Source of the DNA: a virus
Lineage: Duplodnaviria; Caudoviricetes
IMG/VR virus record: IMGVR_UViG_3300033067_001011
Span: 1 to 37,272 of that record
Reading direction: 5' to 3' (one strand)
DNA length: 37,272 bases
The notes under the pieces were generated by a model. That model ran no database searches. It was not told the origin of the DNA and worked only from the letters and a program-made list of their open reading frames with translations. Numbering within the stretch: the stretch's first letter is position 1; every line of letters starts with the position of its first letter. Below, piece by piece: positions 8,648 to 18,318 of the stretch. The position numbers and the translations under genes were made by a program.

Positions 8648-8801
8648 ATACGAGGAATTATTAAAACGCTGGAATAAAGCAGAAGAATACTTTAACGATA
8701 AACACATAACAGCAGAGGAAAAGCAAAAGTGGGAACAAGAAATTTTAAAAATGGCGAAAAGGCTAGGCGAATTATATAATATTATCTATGGCAACAAATA
8801 A
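8628..8801 (+). CDS. Hypothetical protein (57 aa, MHKAKNEYEELLKRWNKAEEYF..)
   Basis: RBS gggaggtg; open frame. Confidence 0.6.
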   Translation: MHKAKNEYEELLKRWNKAEEYFNDKHITAEEKQKWEQEILKMAKRLGELYNIIYGNK

Positions 8802-8922
8802 CCTTCTATTTTCAATTATAAGCGACATTTAATTTAACATGATAACTTATTCAACTTTAATATAAAAATCGCATGGTAGGGCAAGAAATAACTAATTTGT
8901 ATATTATGGAGGGTTAATTAAT

Positions 8923-9339
8923 ATGGATAATAATATAAGAGAATATATAATATTAATGCTGCTGAAATATAAAACAAATATTGCAATAGTTGAAACATTT
9001 GATATGAATAACTTTATAGGTTTACAGGCTCAAAGAATTAGCGATATGCCACATTCACAAACAAATTTATTCAATTCTACAACGGAAAACCAAGCCTTGA
9101 CGGAATATCCAATCGAAATTTTGAAAATAAAAAATGATATTAAAATTGTTGAAATTTGGTTAAGAGCATTGACGGAAAAAGAATATTTTTTTGTTGAACA
9201 AAAATACTTTTATCGGGCAACTTTTAACACACTGGCAAATAAGTATCCTACTTATTTCACACAGAACACTTGGAAAAATATAAAAACTGATACTTTCAAA
9301 AAAATTGAAAAAATAATGAAAGTTGGAAAAATATTTTAA
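8923..9339 (+). CDS. ArpU/RinA-like late transcriptional activator
   Basis: ISDMP motif, ..IWLRALTEKEYFFVEQKYF; position before packaging genes. Confidence 0.65.
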   Translation: MDNNIREYIILMLLKYKTNIAIVETFDMNNFIGLQAQRISDMPHSQTNLFNSTTENQALTEYPIEILKIKNDIKIVEIWLRALTEKEYFFVEQKYFYRATFNTLANKYPTYFTQNTWKNIKTDTFKKIEKIMKVGKIF

Positions 9340-9445
9340 AAAAAGTGTTAAGTTAAAAATTAATTTGATAATATATATAATAGAGGTTGATAAACCTACT
9401 AAAATTCGGAGGTAATAAAAATGTTAAACATTGGAGGAATGAAAA

Positions 9446-9685
9446 ATGAAAATATCGAGAGAATATGAATTAATAGCTAGAAGTGGAGACATGATAATAG
9501 TAGTAGATGAAGGGATAAAAGGTATTAGAGTTTTTGAACTTGCAAAAGGGCAAAAATCAAATATAAGTACAATCAAAAAAGGATTTGAAAAACTTGAAGA
9601 TGTGCAACAAAAATATAATATTACAACTTGGGTGAAAGACGATTCATATGCAGGAATGTATGAATATTATGAAAAAATAGTGTAA
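9446..9685 (+). CDS. Hypothetical protein
   Basis: RBS ggagg; 79 aa. Confidence 0.6.
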   Translation: MKISREYELIARSGDMIIVVDEGIKGIRVFELAKGQKSNISTIKKGFEKLEDVQQKYNITTWVKDDSYAGMYEYYEKIV

Positions 9686-9701
9686 TTCACACTAGATTTA
9701 A

Positions 9702-9727
9702 AACCTCTCCGGAGGTTCTTTTTTTTT
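9702..9727 (+). terminator. Rho-independent terminator
   Basis: aacctc-tccg-gaggtt plus T-run. Confidence 0.7.
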
Positions 9728-9822
9728 GCCCAATAATCAAAATTTGTCTAAAATTAATACTTTTTACGTTATACTTAAGTGTTATTATTATATTGTCGAA
9801 TAATTTTAAGAGGTGCGAAAAA

Positions 9823-10053
9823 ATGAAAAATAAAATTGTTGCAGGACTATTAGCTTTGTTCTTGGGTGGATTCGGAATACATAAATTTTATCTTAATCAA
9901 GCAATAGGAGTTTTATATCTGTTGTTTTTTTGGACTTTTATTCCTGCAATTATTGCTTTTTTTGAAGCTATTATGTTATTTGTTATGAATGATTCAGAGT
10001 TTAATAATCGTTATAATTTTGAATATATGAAAAGTAGAGGAATTATCGAATGA
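9823..10053 (+). CDS. TM2-domain membrane protein
   Basis: KNKIVAGLLALFLGGFGIHKFYL signature. Confidence 0.9.
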   Translation: MKNKIVAGLLALFLGGFGIHKFYLNQAIGVLYLLFFWTFIPAIIAFFEAIMLFVMNDSEFNNRYNFEYMKSRGIIE

Positions 10054-10077
10054 AGTTGTTATAAATGAGGTGGTGGA

Positions 10078-10560
10078 ATGGGAAAAAGATTATCCGATTT
10101 GGAAAGAAAACAAATTATTGCTTATTATTTAGAATGTAACAACTTACGGGAAACAGGCAGAAAGTTTAATATAGATAAAGAAACTGTAAGAAATATTGTA
10201 AAAAAAGATGATAACTTCCGACAAAAGTCGACACAAAAAAAGGAAGAGAACACAGAAAGTATCTTAAACATGTTTGACGAGCGAAAAGACAAAATAAAAA
10301 ACATAATAGATAGATATTTTACTGAAGCTTTAAATGATGAAAAAATAGATAAAACATGCCTTAAAGATTTATTTACAGCATATGGAATCATAATTGATAA
10401 ACAATTTAAAGCTGAAGAGATAAAAATACAACGTGAAAAATTAATTATAGATAAACAAAAACTTGAATTCGAAAAAACAAAAAACGAAAATTCAGAAAAT
10501 ACCGAAACAGTAACAGTTATCAATATTTTGCCTGCTAGAAAAGAGGTAGATAATGAGTAA
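10078..10560 (+). CDS. terS: Terminase small subunit
   Basis: N-terminal HTH, coiled coil; overlaps start of terL. Confidence 0.75.
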   Translation: MGKRLSDLERKQIIAYYLECNNLRETGRKFNIDKETVRNIVKKDDNFRQKSTQKKEENTESILNMFDERKDKIKNIIDRYFTEALNDEKIDKTCLKDLFTAYGIIIDKQFKAEEIKIQREKLIIDKQKLEFEKTKNENSENTETVTVINILPARKEVDNE

Positions 10561-12139
10561 TAGTAAAAATGTTTTTGTAAACAATATTTATTATCATATT
10601 TTAAATAGCAAAGCTAGGGTTATTATAAATTATGGTGGGCGTGATTCAGGCAAATCATATTTTATTGGCGGTCAATTGATACCACTTGCAATGTTGCAGG
10701 AAAAAGGATTCCGAGGTGTTGGAATAAGAAAAACTTATAGCAGTATAAAAGATTCAGTGTTTCAAGAAATTGAGGACGGAATCGATAACTTTGAACAAGA
10801 TTATAAATTTCACTCAATCAAAAATCCTCTAGAAATAACATGCACAAGCAATAACAATAAAATGATATTCCGAGGGTTAGATGATGCGAGAAAAATAAAA
10901 TCCTTAAAAGGGATTAATTTTATTTGGGTAGAAGAAGCTGAGGATTTAACGGAAACTCAATTTGATGATTTATTAATATTATTGCGTGGTGATGGATACC
11001 AAAGATTAATATTAACATATAACCCAATTGATGAAGACCATTTCACCAATGAGCGATTTGTAAAGTATCCCAATAAAAAAATAATTGAAATATTTGATAA
11101 TGGAGAACCGAAAGTTTGGGAGATAAAAGTAGAAGAAGTAATTGACAATGAACTTGTAACATATGATGTATTGTGTATTTGTTCAACATATCAAGATAAT
11201 GAATTTATTGAGCCAGTGCGAAAACTTGTTATTGAAAAGATGAAAGAAACAAATCCATTCTTATATGAGGTTTACCGATATGGAAAGTTTGCAAGTCGTG
11301 GTGGTAGAATATTAACTAACATTGAGCAACGAGATTTTAAGGTCGAAGGGGTGTTTTTTTACAACTTCGACCGTAAAGGATATGCACAGGACTTTGGGTT
11401 AACTAAAAAAATAGCCCAAATAAAATTCAGTGAACTTGTAAATACAAGGTGTGCGTGAAAACGTGCTAACGGTGAAAATCTAAATATATTTGAATATTAC
11501 AATCCAGATATACATGACAATATCGTGCCAAGCCTCAAGTTTTTAAAAGAGGAAGGTGTAACGACTATCCGCAAGGAGTAGGTTTAAGGTGAAAATCCTT
11601 ATTCCGAAGCGCTGAACAACAGAAATGTTGATGATATAGTCTACTCCCCTATTAAATATCGGGAAACCGAGGGTATAAAGGTCAATCATGCAAACTGTAT
11701 ATTATCAATTGCCGAATACGACAATAATTTATATGTCTTTGATGAAATATATGTAACAGAAAAAGATACCGATGAGATAATCGAAATGTGTAATAAAAAA
11801 AGGATTGATAAAAACTTAAAAATGATTTGCGATTGTGCAGAGCCAGACCGAATAAAACAATTTAGACGGTCAGGTTTTAATGCTCAACCAGTAAAAAAAT
11901 ATCCTGGGAGTGTTAATTCACAAATTGACGATTTGAAAAGATTTGATAATATATATATTAATACAACTTGTGTGAATACATGGAAAGAAGCTAAAACATG
12001 GATGTGGAAACAAAATAAAGAAGGAAAATATATTGATGAGCCTTGCGATTTCTTTGATGATGCGATGGCTTGTTTAAGATACTCAACAGATTTATTTGAG
12101 CGTAACAAAGCAGATGCAATAATAAAACTACCGTTGTAA
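10553..12139 (+). CDS. terL: Terminase large subunit (PBSX family), spliced: exon 1 10553-11399, exon 2 11682-12139 (434 aa)
   Basis: Walker A GGRDSGKS, Walker B IWVEEAE; splicing restores the nuclease motif QDFG-F-NHAN in frame; C-terminal DDAMACLRY. Confidence 0.92.
11400..11681 (+). ncRNA. ORF-less group I intron (IA-like, with P7.1/P7.2) in terL
   Basis: P1 ttgggt|ta / tagcccaa with U.G at the splice site; P3 ttcagtg/cgctgaa; P7 gacta/tagtc; P8 caaca-gaaa-tgttg; terminal G11681; exact frame restoration. Confidence 0.92.
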
Positions 12140-12152
12140 TAGGAGGTAATAG

Positions 12153-13595
12153 ATGCTTACAGATTTAAACTGGCTACAAATTGGTAATAAATATCCTCCT
12201 TCAGACTTCGACACAAAGAATCGTTTAAATAAATACGAGGATAACAGAAGAATTTTTGAAGGTGAACATCTCGAAATATTTAAAGCACAATTCAAGAGAA
12301 TTGAGCGAGTCATTGGAAACTTTGAAAATGTAATAACTTACGGAACATTGTTAAATTTTCAAAAACTCATATCACTTAAAACAGCCGATTTGCTATTTGG
12401 CGAAAATCCAATTATCGAATCAAAAAACAAAGAAGAAATAAAACAACTTATAACTACATCTAAAATGTTTGATAAATTATACGAGGTCGCAATTGATGTT
12501 AGTAGGTTCGGAGACGGTTTAGTTTATGTGTATATTGACAATGAAGAGGGAGCAACTTTTTGCCCACAAAATCCCCAACTTTGGATACCTATTGTGGATA
12601 AGTTTAATGCAAAAAAAATAGTAAATCATGTTTTATGCTGGAAATATAAAGATGGTGAAAATAGTTATTTAAAGGCACAAATACACTATAAAGGTTATTT
12701 TGAAGAACGTTTATATTTACTTTCAAATTCTCAAACAGTTGGAACAGTTATCCACAGTTTAATAGAAAGTGATGTTGTTAAAACTGGCATAGATGATTTT
12801 GCAGTAATTCACACAAGCAACTTAACAACAAGCGATAAGATAACAGGCTTTGATGATTATTCGGATATAAATGATATAATAATTGAAATAATGGTAAGAA
12901 TTGCACAGATTAGCAGGATTTTAGATAAACACTCTTCACCATCCGTTAGTGGTCCTATGTCAGCTTTAGAAAAAGACCCTGCGTCAGGAATGTGGAGCTT
13001 AAAAATGGGTAATTATTTTCCTAAAGATTCGGCAGACGATGCAGAAGTAAAATACATAACTTGGGACGGTCAGCTTGAAGCTAGCTTTAAACAAATTGAA
13101 ACATTGACAAATCAATTATATTTATTGTCGGAAATGGGAACTGTTTTATTGGGTGGTGATGAAAAAGGTGGTGCAAATATATCCGGAAGAGCCTTAAGAC
13201 TTAAAATGATTTCTCCACTCTCAAAAGTAAAAAGATTGTCAAGGAGATTTGATTATACAATTAAAAATATACTATCAAGTTTGGCAAAATTATATAACTT
13301 GTCGATAAATATTGAAGATATAACTATTAATTGGCAGGATGGATTACCAAACGATGCAATTGAAGAAGCCGAAATAATGAACATAAGGACAGGCAACAAA
13401 CAAACAATGTCATTGACAAGAGCGTTAAGAACATATGACTATATGACAGAAGAACAAGCAGAAGAAGAACTGGAAACAATACTTGAAGAAGAAAAAATGT
13501 TAAATCCTTTAATGGAAACGGACTTTAAAACAGAAGGTGATAATGTTGAAGAAGTTGACGAAGAAGAAGAAAAGGAAGAAGTTGATGCAGAATGA
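12153..13595 (+). CDS. Portal protein (SPP1 gp6-like)
   Basis: 480 aa after terL; SRFGDG, SGRALRLKM, WQDGLPND motifs; acidic tail. Confidence 0.88.
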   Translation: MLTDLNWLQIGNKYPPSDFDTKNRLNKYEDNRRIFEGEHLEIFKAQFKRIERVIGNFENVITYGTLLNFQKLISLKTADLLFGENPIIESKNKEEIKQLITTSKMFDKLYEVAIDVSRFGDGLVYVYIDNEEGATFCPQNPQLWIPIVDKFNAKKIVNHVLCWKYKDGENSYLKAQIHYKGYFEERLYLLSNSQTVGTVIHSLIESDVVKTGIDDFAVIHTSNLTTSDKITGFDDYSDINDIIIEIMVRIAQISRILDKHSSPSVSGPMSALEKDPASGMWSLKMGNYFPKDSADDAEVKYITWDGQLEASFKQIETLTNQLYLLSEMGTVLLGGDEKGGANISGRALRLKMISPLSKVKRLSRRFDYTIKNILSSLAKLYNLSINIEDITINWQDGLPNDAIEEAEIMNIRTGNKQTMSLTRALRTYDYMTEEQAEEELETILEEEKMLNPLMETDFKTEGDNVEEVDEEEEKEEVDAE

Positions 13596-14617
13596 CAGAA
13601 ACCGATGAGTTGATATTGGTTTATATCAATGCACAAAAAAGTATTTTAAAAATGTTAACACCATCAAACATAAAAAATTACAGATATTTATTAAGTCAGA
13701 TTGACGATGAAATATTAAAACTTAATACAGAAACAACAAACTGGACTCAAAAAATTGTAATAAGAAATTATGTTAAAGGTGTAAACGAAGCTATAAAAGG
13801 AATAAAACAACAAGGTGGAAATATTCCAAACTTTGAAAGTTTTCAACAATTCCACGAACAGGCAGTAAGAGTTATATCAAGAAATACAGGAGATAAACTT
13901 ATTAATGCTAATCAATATATAGGCAGAAATATTAAAGATAATATTAGGGCAACAAGTTTAGAGGTTGTACAACAAAAAATAATAATAGGTCAATCAGTAC
14001 AACAAACAAAAGATATAATTGCAAGGAGGTTGATAAATGAACAAGGAACAAGTATACTTATGAGAAATGGTCGTAAAATGAATGTTGAGTCATATGCAGA
14101 GCTTGTTGCAAGGTCAACAACAAGAGAAGCAACAAATAGAGGTACAATGAATCAATTAACTGAAGCTGGTTATGATTTAGTAAAAATGTCAAGTCATAAT
14201 TCACCTTGTGGAATATGTTCACCATTGGAGGGTAGAGTTTACAGTATATCGGGAACAAGCACAGAATTTCCTCCACTTAAAAAAGCGTTTAAAGGAATTT
14301 ACGCAAACATACATCCCAATTGTAGACATGTATTAATGCCTTATATCCCCGAATACAACGATATTGAAAAAGATAAAAAATATAGTAATAGACCATTTAA
14401 CATTGATAAACGCTCAAAAATTGAAATAGATAAATATAACAAAGAACAAAAATTTAAACAACAACTAAACTATGATAAACGTCAATGGGAAAGATATAAA
14501 ATAATGTTACCGAATCAAACACCAAAAACATTATCGAAGTTTAGAGAAATTAAAAAATTAAATAATGAAAAATACAAAGAATTGAAACGCAATTACCGAG
14601 CCACTCATGGCGTATAA
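13592..14617 (+). CDS. Minor capsid / head morphogenesis protein
   Basis: SYAELVARST, CGICSPLEGRVYS, HPNCRH motifs. Confidence 0.85.
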   Translation: MTETDELILVYINAQKSILKMLTPSNIKNYRYLLSQIDDEILKLNTETTNWTQKIVIRNYVKGVNEAIKGIKQQGGNIPNFESFQQFHEQAVRVISRNTGDKLINANQYIGRNIKDNIRATSLEVVQQKIIIGQSVQQTKDIIARRLINEQGTSILMRNGRKMNVESYAELVARSTTREATNRGTMNQLTEAGYDLVKMSSHNSPCGICSPLEGRVYSISGTSTEFPPLKKAFKGIYANIHPNCRHVLMPYIPEYNDIEKDKKYSNRPFNIDKRSKIEIDKYNKEQKFKQQLNYDKRQWERYKIMLPNQTPKTLSKFREIKKLNNEKYKELKRNYRATHGV

Positions 14618-14622
14618 ATGAG
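14600..14622 (+). promoter_or_regulatory. Small H-type pseudoknot-like RNA element upstream of the scaffold gene
   Basis: gcc/ggc and ctcat/atgag interleaved stems. Confidence 0.4.
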
Positions 14623-14639
14623 AGAAAGTGAGAATTAAA

Positions 14640-15284
14640 ATGGAATATAAAGAAGTGTTTGGCGAAGAATTAGCAACACAAATTGAAACAATTATAAAGG
14701 AAAAAGGTTTAAATTTGATTGTCGACAGCAAAGAAAAACCTGCTTTTATACCAAAGAGTCGATTTGACGAGGTAATCGGTTCAAAGAATGAGTTAAAGAC
14801 TCAAGTTAGTGAGTTGACTAACAACTTAGAAACTTTGAAGAAATCGGCACAAGGAAACGAAGAACTAACAAAAGCTATACAAGAGTTGCAATCAAAAAAT
14901 GGAGAATGGGAAACACGATACAAGAAATCACTTATTGAAAACACTGTAAAGTTTAAGGCTTTGCAGGAAAAAGCAAAAGACACACAAGATTTATTAAAGT
15001 TTTTGGATTATGATAAGTTAGAACTCGATCCAAATGGTGATGTAAAAGGAATTGACGAACAAATAAAAGCATTGAAAGAAAATAAAGCATATTTGTTTGA
15101 TACAGTTGATACAACTAAAAACAACAATCCTTTAAATCCACCAAACGCAGGAGGAAACAAACTATCATTAAAAGATAAATACAATGAAGCTTATTTGGAA
15201 GTATCAAAAAATCCAAACAACACAGCATTATTACAAAGGTTATTTAATCTTAAAAAAGAATTACACGATGAACAAAAACAATAA
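14640..15284 (+). CDS. Capsid scaffolding protein (GP20-like)
   Basis: FIPKSRFDEV, coiled coil, GIDEQIKALKENKAYLF. Confidence 0.88.
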   Translation: MEYKEVFGEELATQIETIIKEKGLNLIVDSKEKPAFIPKSRFDEVIGSKNELKTQVSELTNNLETLKKSAQGNEELTKAIQELQSKNGEWETRYKKSLIENTVKFKALQEKAKDTQDLLKFLDYDKLELDPNGDVKGIDEQIKALKENKAYLFDTVDTTKNNNPLNPPNAGGNKLSLKDKYNEAYLEVSKNPNNTALLQRLFNLKKELHDEQKQ

Positions 15285-15304
15285 ATTAATAGGAGGAAAC
15301 AAAC

Positions 15305-16482
15305 ATGGCATATACAGACAGAGATACCATAAACTATGTTGGAGAATTATTTTTAGTAGGAGCATATCAAACACCATTCCTTAATATGATTGGTGGCATT
15401 GAGGGAGCGAACTCAAAGACAACTAGAAGTTTAAAATTTCCAGTGGCTCAACCTTGGTCATTATCAAGTGCAAGTCAACCAACAATAACTGAAGCACAAT
15501 CAGTATCAGGACAAACAGCAGGAACATATACAAGGGGTCAAGATACTAACATAGTTCAGATATTCCAAAGAGCCGTTGAAGTATCTTATATGAAACAATC
15601 AACATTTGGCGAAATTGGTGGCTTGTTAATACAAGGCGAACAGCCAGTTAAAGACGAGGGAGCATTTCAAAAAATGGCGGCAATGAGGCAAATTGCAATT
15701 GATGCAGATTATTCGTTTTTGAATGGTGCTTATCAAGATGCAATAAATACATCAACAGCAGCAAAAACAAAAGGAATTATAACAGCTACATCAACGAACG
15801 CAGTTAATGCAAGTGCTGCAAAACTAAGCAAAACATTAATTGATACATTGTTGAGAACTATGGCTGGTAATGGTGCAGTTTTTGAAAACATGGTATTTTT
15901 CGTAAATGCTTTTCAAAAGCAAGTTTTATCTGACATTTATGGTTATGCTCCAATGGATCGACAAGTTGGTGGAGTTAATATTAAACAAATCGAAACAGAC
16001 TTTGCAGCAATTGGTGTTGTTTATGCTCCAAACGTTCCAGCAGCAACTTTATTGTGTGCAGATGTTAACTATTGTTATCCTGTATTTTGCCCTGTACCAA
16101 ATAAAGGTTTGTTATTTTATGAGGATTTGAGTCAAACAGGTGCATCAATGAAAGGTCAAATTTACGGACAAATGGGAATAGATTACGGTCAGATGGCTGC
16201 CTAATGTAGTAATATATTAGTGAAAATGCAGAGAATTGCTGGAAACTCCTTAGAGTCCACATGCTAAAGCGGAAGGATGAAAAAAGCCTAGACGTAAATG
16301 CTTGAAAAGTTGTGGAATTGGACAATCAGCAGCCGAGCCTCGAATAGAGGAAGGTTCAGAGACTATGTACTGCATATCCTTATAGGATAAAGATAGAGTC
16401 CAGTCCCTTTAAATATCTCGAAAGAGAGGGTATATCGCCTGAAGAATATCATGGTAAAATAACATCGCTTGCAACATCATAA
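15305..16482 (+). CDS. Major capsid protein, spliced: exon 1 15305-16189, exon 2 16438-16482 (309 aa)
   Basis: Position after scaffold; TPFLNMIGG, NIVQIFQRAVEVSY motifs; splicing gives C-terminus GIDYG-PEEYHGKITSLATS*. Confidence 0.9.
16190..16437 (+). ncRNA. ORF-less group I intron in the major capsid gene
   Basis: P1 cggt|c-agat-ggctg with U.G; P2 ctaatgta-gtaa-tatattag; core aattgctggaaa / aatcagcagcc / gttcagagacta / aagatagagtcc; P3 atgcag/ctgcat; terminal G16437. Confidence 0.92.
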
Positions 16483-16502
16483 TAATAATCTAATGAACAA
16501 AC

Positions 16503-16531
16503 GGAGAAGAGGGGAAAGCCCTCTTCCCTAT
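16503..16531 (+). promoter_or_regulatory. GC-rich hairpin after the capsid gene (weak terminator or RNA stabiliser)
   Basis: gaagaggg-gaaag-ccctcttc; no long U tract. Confidence 0.5.
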
Positions 16532-16551
16532 TTAGAGAGGAGCAAAAACAT

Positions 16552-17862
16552 ATGGCTACATATTCAGGATATGATTTTAACGCAATAAGAAATCCACAAC
16601 TTAAAAGAGCATTTGAGGTAATTTTTGATGTTGCAACAGGCCACGACCATGACGGAACAAACACAAAACTTTTATCGGTTGCTACTGGTATTGCATCAGG
16701 CTTGGCTTCATCTACAACACTTGACGGTGGTACAAACGATGTAACACTTGTAACTACATCTCAAACATCGGGTGCAAGTAATTTGACGGTGCCTGACTTT
16801 GCAGGAGTTAATCAAACGTTAGCAACAATAGGACTTCAACAGACATTAACAAATAAAATATTAAGTGATAGCACAGTTGTTTTTGGCGATAATGCAGATG
16901 TTACAAAAACATTGGCAGTGCAATTATCGGGAGCAACAACAGGAACAGCAACAACTTTAACTGTTAGCCAAACACAAGCAAGAACTTTAACTTTACCTGA
17001 TGCAACTGATACTTTAGTAGGTAAAGCCACAAGTGACACATTTACAAATAAAATCCTTAGTGATGATACTTGCTATTTTGCAGATAGTGCAGGATTGACA
17101 AAAATGCTAGAGTTTGAGTTATCAGGAGCAACAGCAACTAAAATGATGACACTAACATCAAGTCATACAGATAATAGAGCGTTGACTTTACCAGATGCAA
17201 CAGATACTTTGATTGGTAAAGCTACTACTGATACACTAACAAACAAAATATTGAGTGATGACACTTGTTATTTTGGTGATAGTGGCGATGTTACTAAAAA
17301 GTTTGAGGTTGAATTATCAGGAGCAACAACAAGTAAAACAATGACTCTTGTATCAAGTCATACAGATAATAGAAGTGTTACATTGCCTGATGCAACAGAT
17401 ACTCTAGTTGGAAAAGCTACTACTGATACATTGACAAACAAAACAATTAATGCAGATGGAACAGGTAATGTTATTACAAATATTAATGCTGATGAATTAG
17501 ATCCTATAACAGGAAATACCTATGCTATACCATTTGTAATTAAATACACTTTATCAAATCAAGCTGCAGCAGTTAACATTTATGACACAAATGCTCCATT
17601 TAAATTTAAAATATTAAATGCTTGGTCAATATCAACAAGTGCAGACGGTGGAACGTGGAAACTAAACAATGGTGCAAGTGGTGCAGGAACAGATATAACA
17701 AATGCTGTAACAGTTGCAACAAGTGCTGACGATTTCGACCAGCCAACGGATTATACAAACGGACAAGCAACAATAAGCAGTGGTGGAAGTTTGTCAATAA
17801 TTCCAGACGGTGCAGGATTGTTAGATTGTGAAATTTACATTCAGGCAATAAGAGTAGATTAA
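16552..17862 (+). CDS. Putative head fibre / decoration protein with three 65-aa repeats
   Basis: T/S/G-rich; repeats TNKILSD...TLPDATDTLVGKAT; directly after the capsid gene. Confidence 0.65.
   Translation: MATYSGYDFNAIRNPQLKRAFEVIFDVATGHDHDGTNTKLLSVATGIASGLASSTTLDGGTNDVTLVTTSQTSGASNLTVPDFAGVNQTLATIGLQQTLTNKILSDSTVVFGDNADVTKTLAVQLSGATTGTATTLTVSQTQARTLTLPDATDTLVGKATSDTFTNKILSDDTCYFADSAGLTKMLEFELSGATATKMMTLTSSHTDNRALTLPDATDTLIGKATTDTLTNKILSDDTCYFGDSGDVTKKFEVELSGATTSKTMTLVSSHTDNRSVTLPDATDTLVGKATTDTLTNKTINADGTGNVITNINADELDPITGNTYAIPFVIKYTLSNQAAAVNIYDTNAPFKFKILNAWSISTSADGGTWKLNNGASGAGTDITNAVTVATSADDFDQPTDYTNGQATISSGGSLSIIPDGAGLLDCEIYIQAIRVD
16849..17433 (+). repeat. 3 x 195-bp imperfect coding tandem repeat
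   Basis: acaaa(t/c)aaaa anchors at 16849, 17044, 17239, 17434. Confidence 0.85.
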
Positions 17863-17891
17863 GAATATAAGAATATTAGGAGGATTTTATA

Positions 17892-18062
17892 ATGGAAATA
17901 ATTGAATTAAAAGCTATGATTTTTGATACTCTTAGAGAAATTGAAAGTCATCAAGCTACAATTAAAATGCTTGTAGAAGCAAAAAATAAACTACTCCTAA
18001 AATTAGAAGGAATGGAGAGGGACATACTCCCCTCTCCTATTCTTGAAAAAGAGGAGGTATAA
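17892..18062 (+). CDS. Small coiled-coil protein (56 aa), possible fibre chaperone
   Basis: RBS aggagg; MEIIELKAMIFDTLREIE.. Confidence 0.6.
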   Translation: MEIIELKAMIFDTLREIESHQATIKMLVEAKNKLLLKLEGMERDILPSPILEKEEV

Positions 18063-18068
18063 AAAATT

Positions 18069-18314
18069 ATGACTAAATTTTTTGGAAATGGTTTAGTATG
18101 GGATAAAGAAAAAGATTCTTTGCTATGTACTTTTGTAAATGGTGAATTTATAACAGAAGATAAAAGAATTATTGATATTTTAACAAATTTAAAATATCAA
18201 TTTGAAGTTGAAGCTGAAATTGAACATAAGTTTATTTCAGAATTAAAACAAGAAATATTATTAGAAACTAAAATTGATGAGGAATTACCAAAGATACCAA
18301 AACGGAAAAGGTGA
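18069..18314 (+). CDS. Hypothetical head-associated protein
   Basis: RBS gaggagg; 81 aa, FVNGEFITED motif. Confidence 0.65.
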   Translation: MTKFFGNGLVWDKEKDSLLCTFVNGEFITEDKRIIDILTNLKYQFEVEAEIEHKFISELKQEILLETKIDEELPKIPKRKR

Positions 18315-18318
18315 AAAA

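Noticed and set aside
9421-9468. 15-aa ORF with RBS before 9446
   Set aside because: Too short and unsupported; may be a remnant of an insertion
10553-12139. terL as a pseudogene, two genes or an intein-containing gene
   Set aside because: The gap has group I RNA structure and precise excision restores frame and motif; stop codons in the insert exclude an intein
15305-16204. Capsid protein ending ..QMAA*
   Set aside because: The last four codons and the stop lie inside the intron
16065-16325. Minus-strand ORF over the intron as a homing endonuclease
   Set aside because: No LAGLIDADG, GIY-YIG or HNH motif; antisense and short
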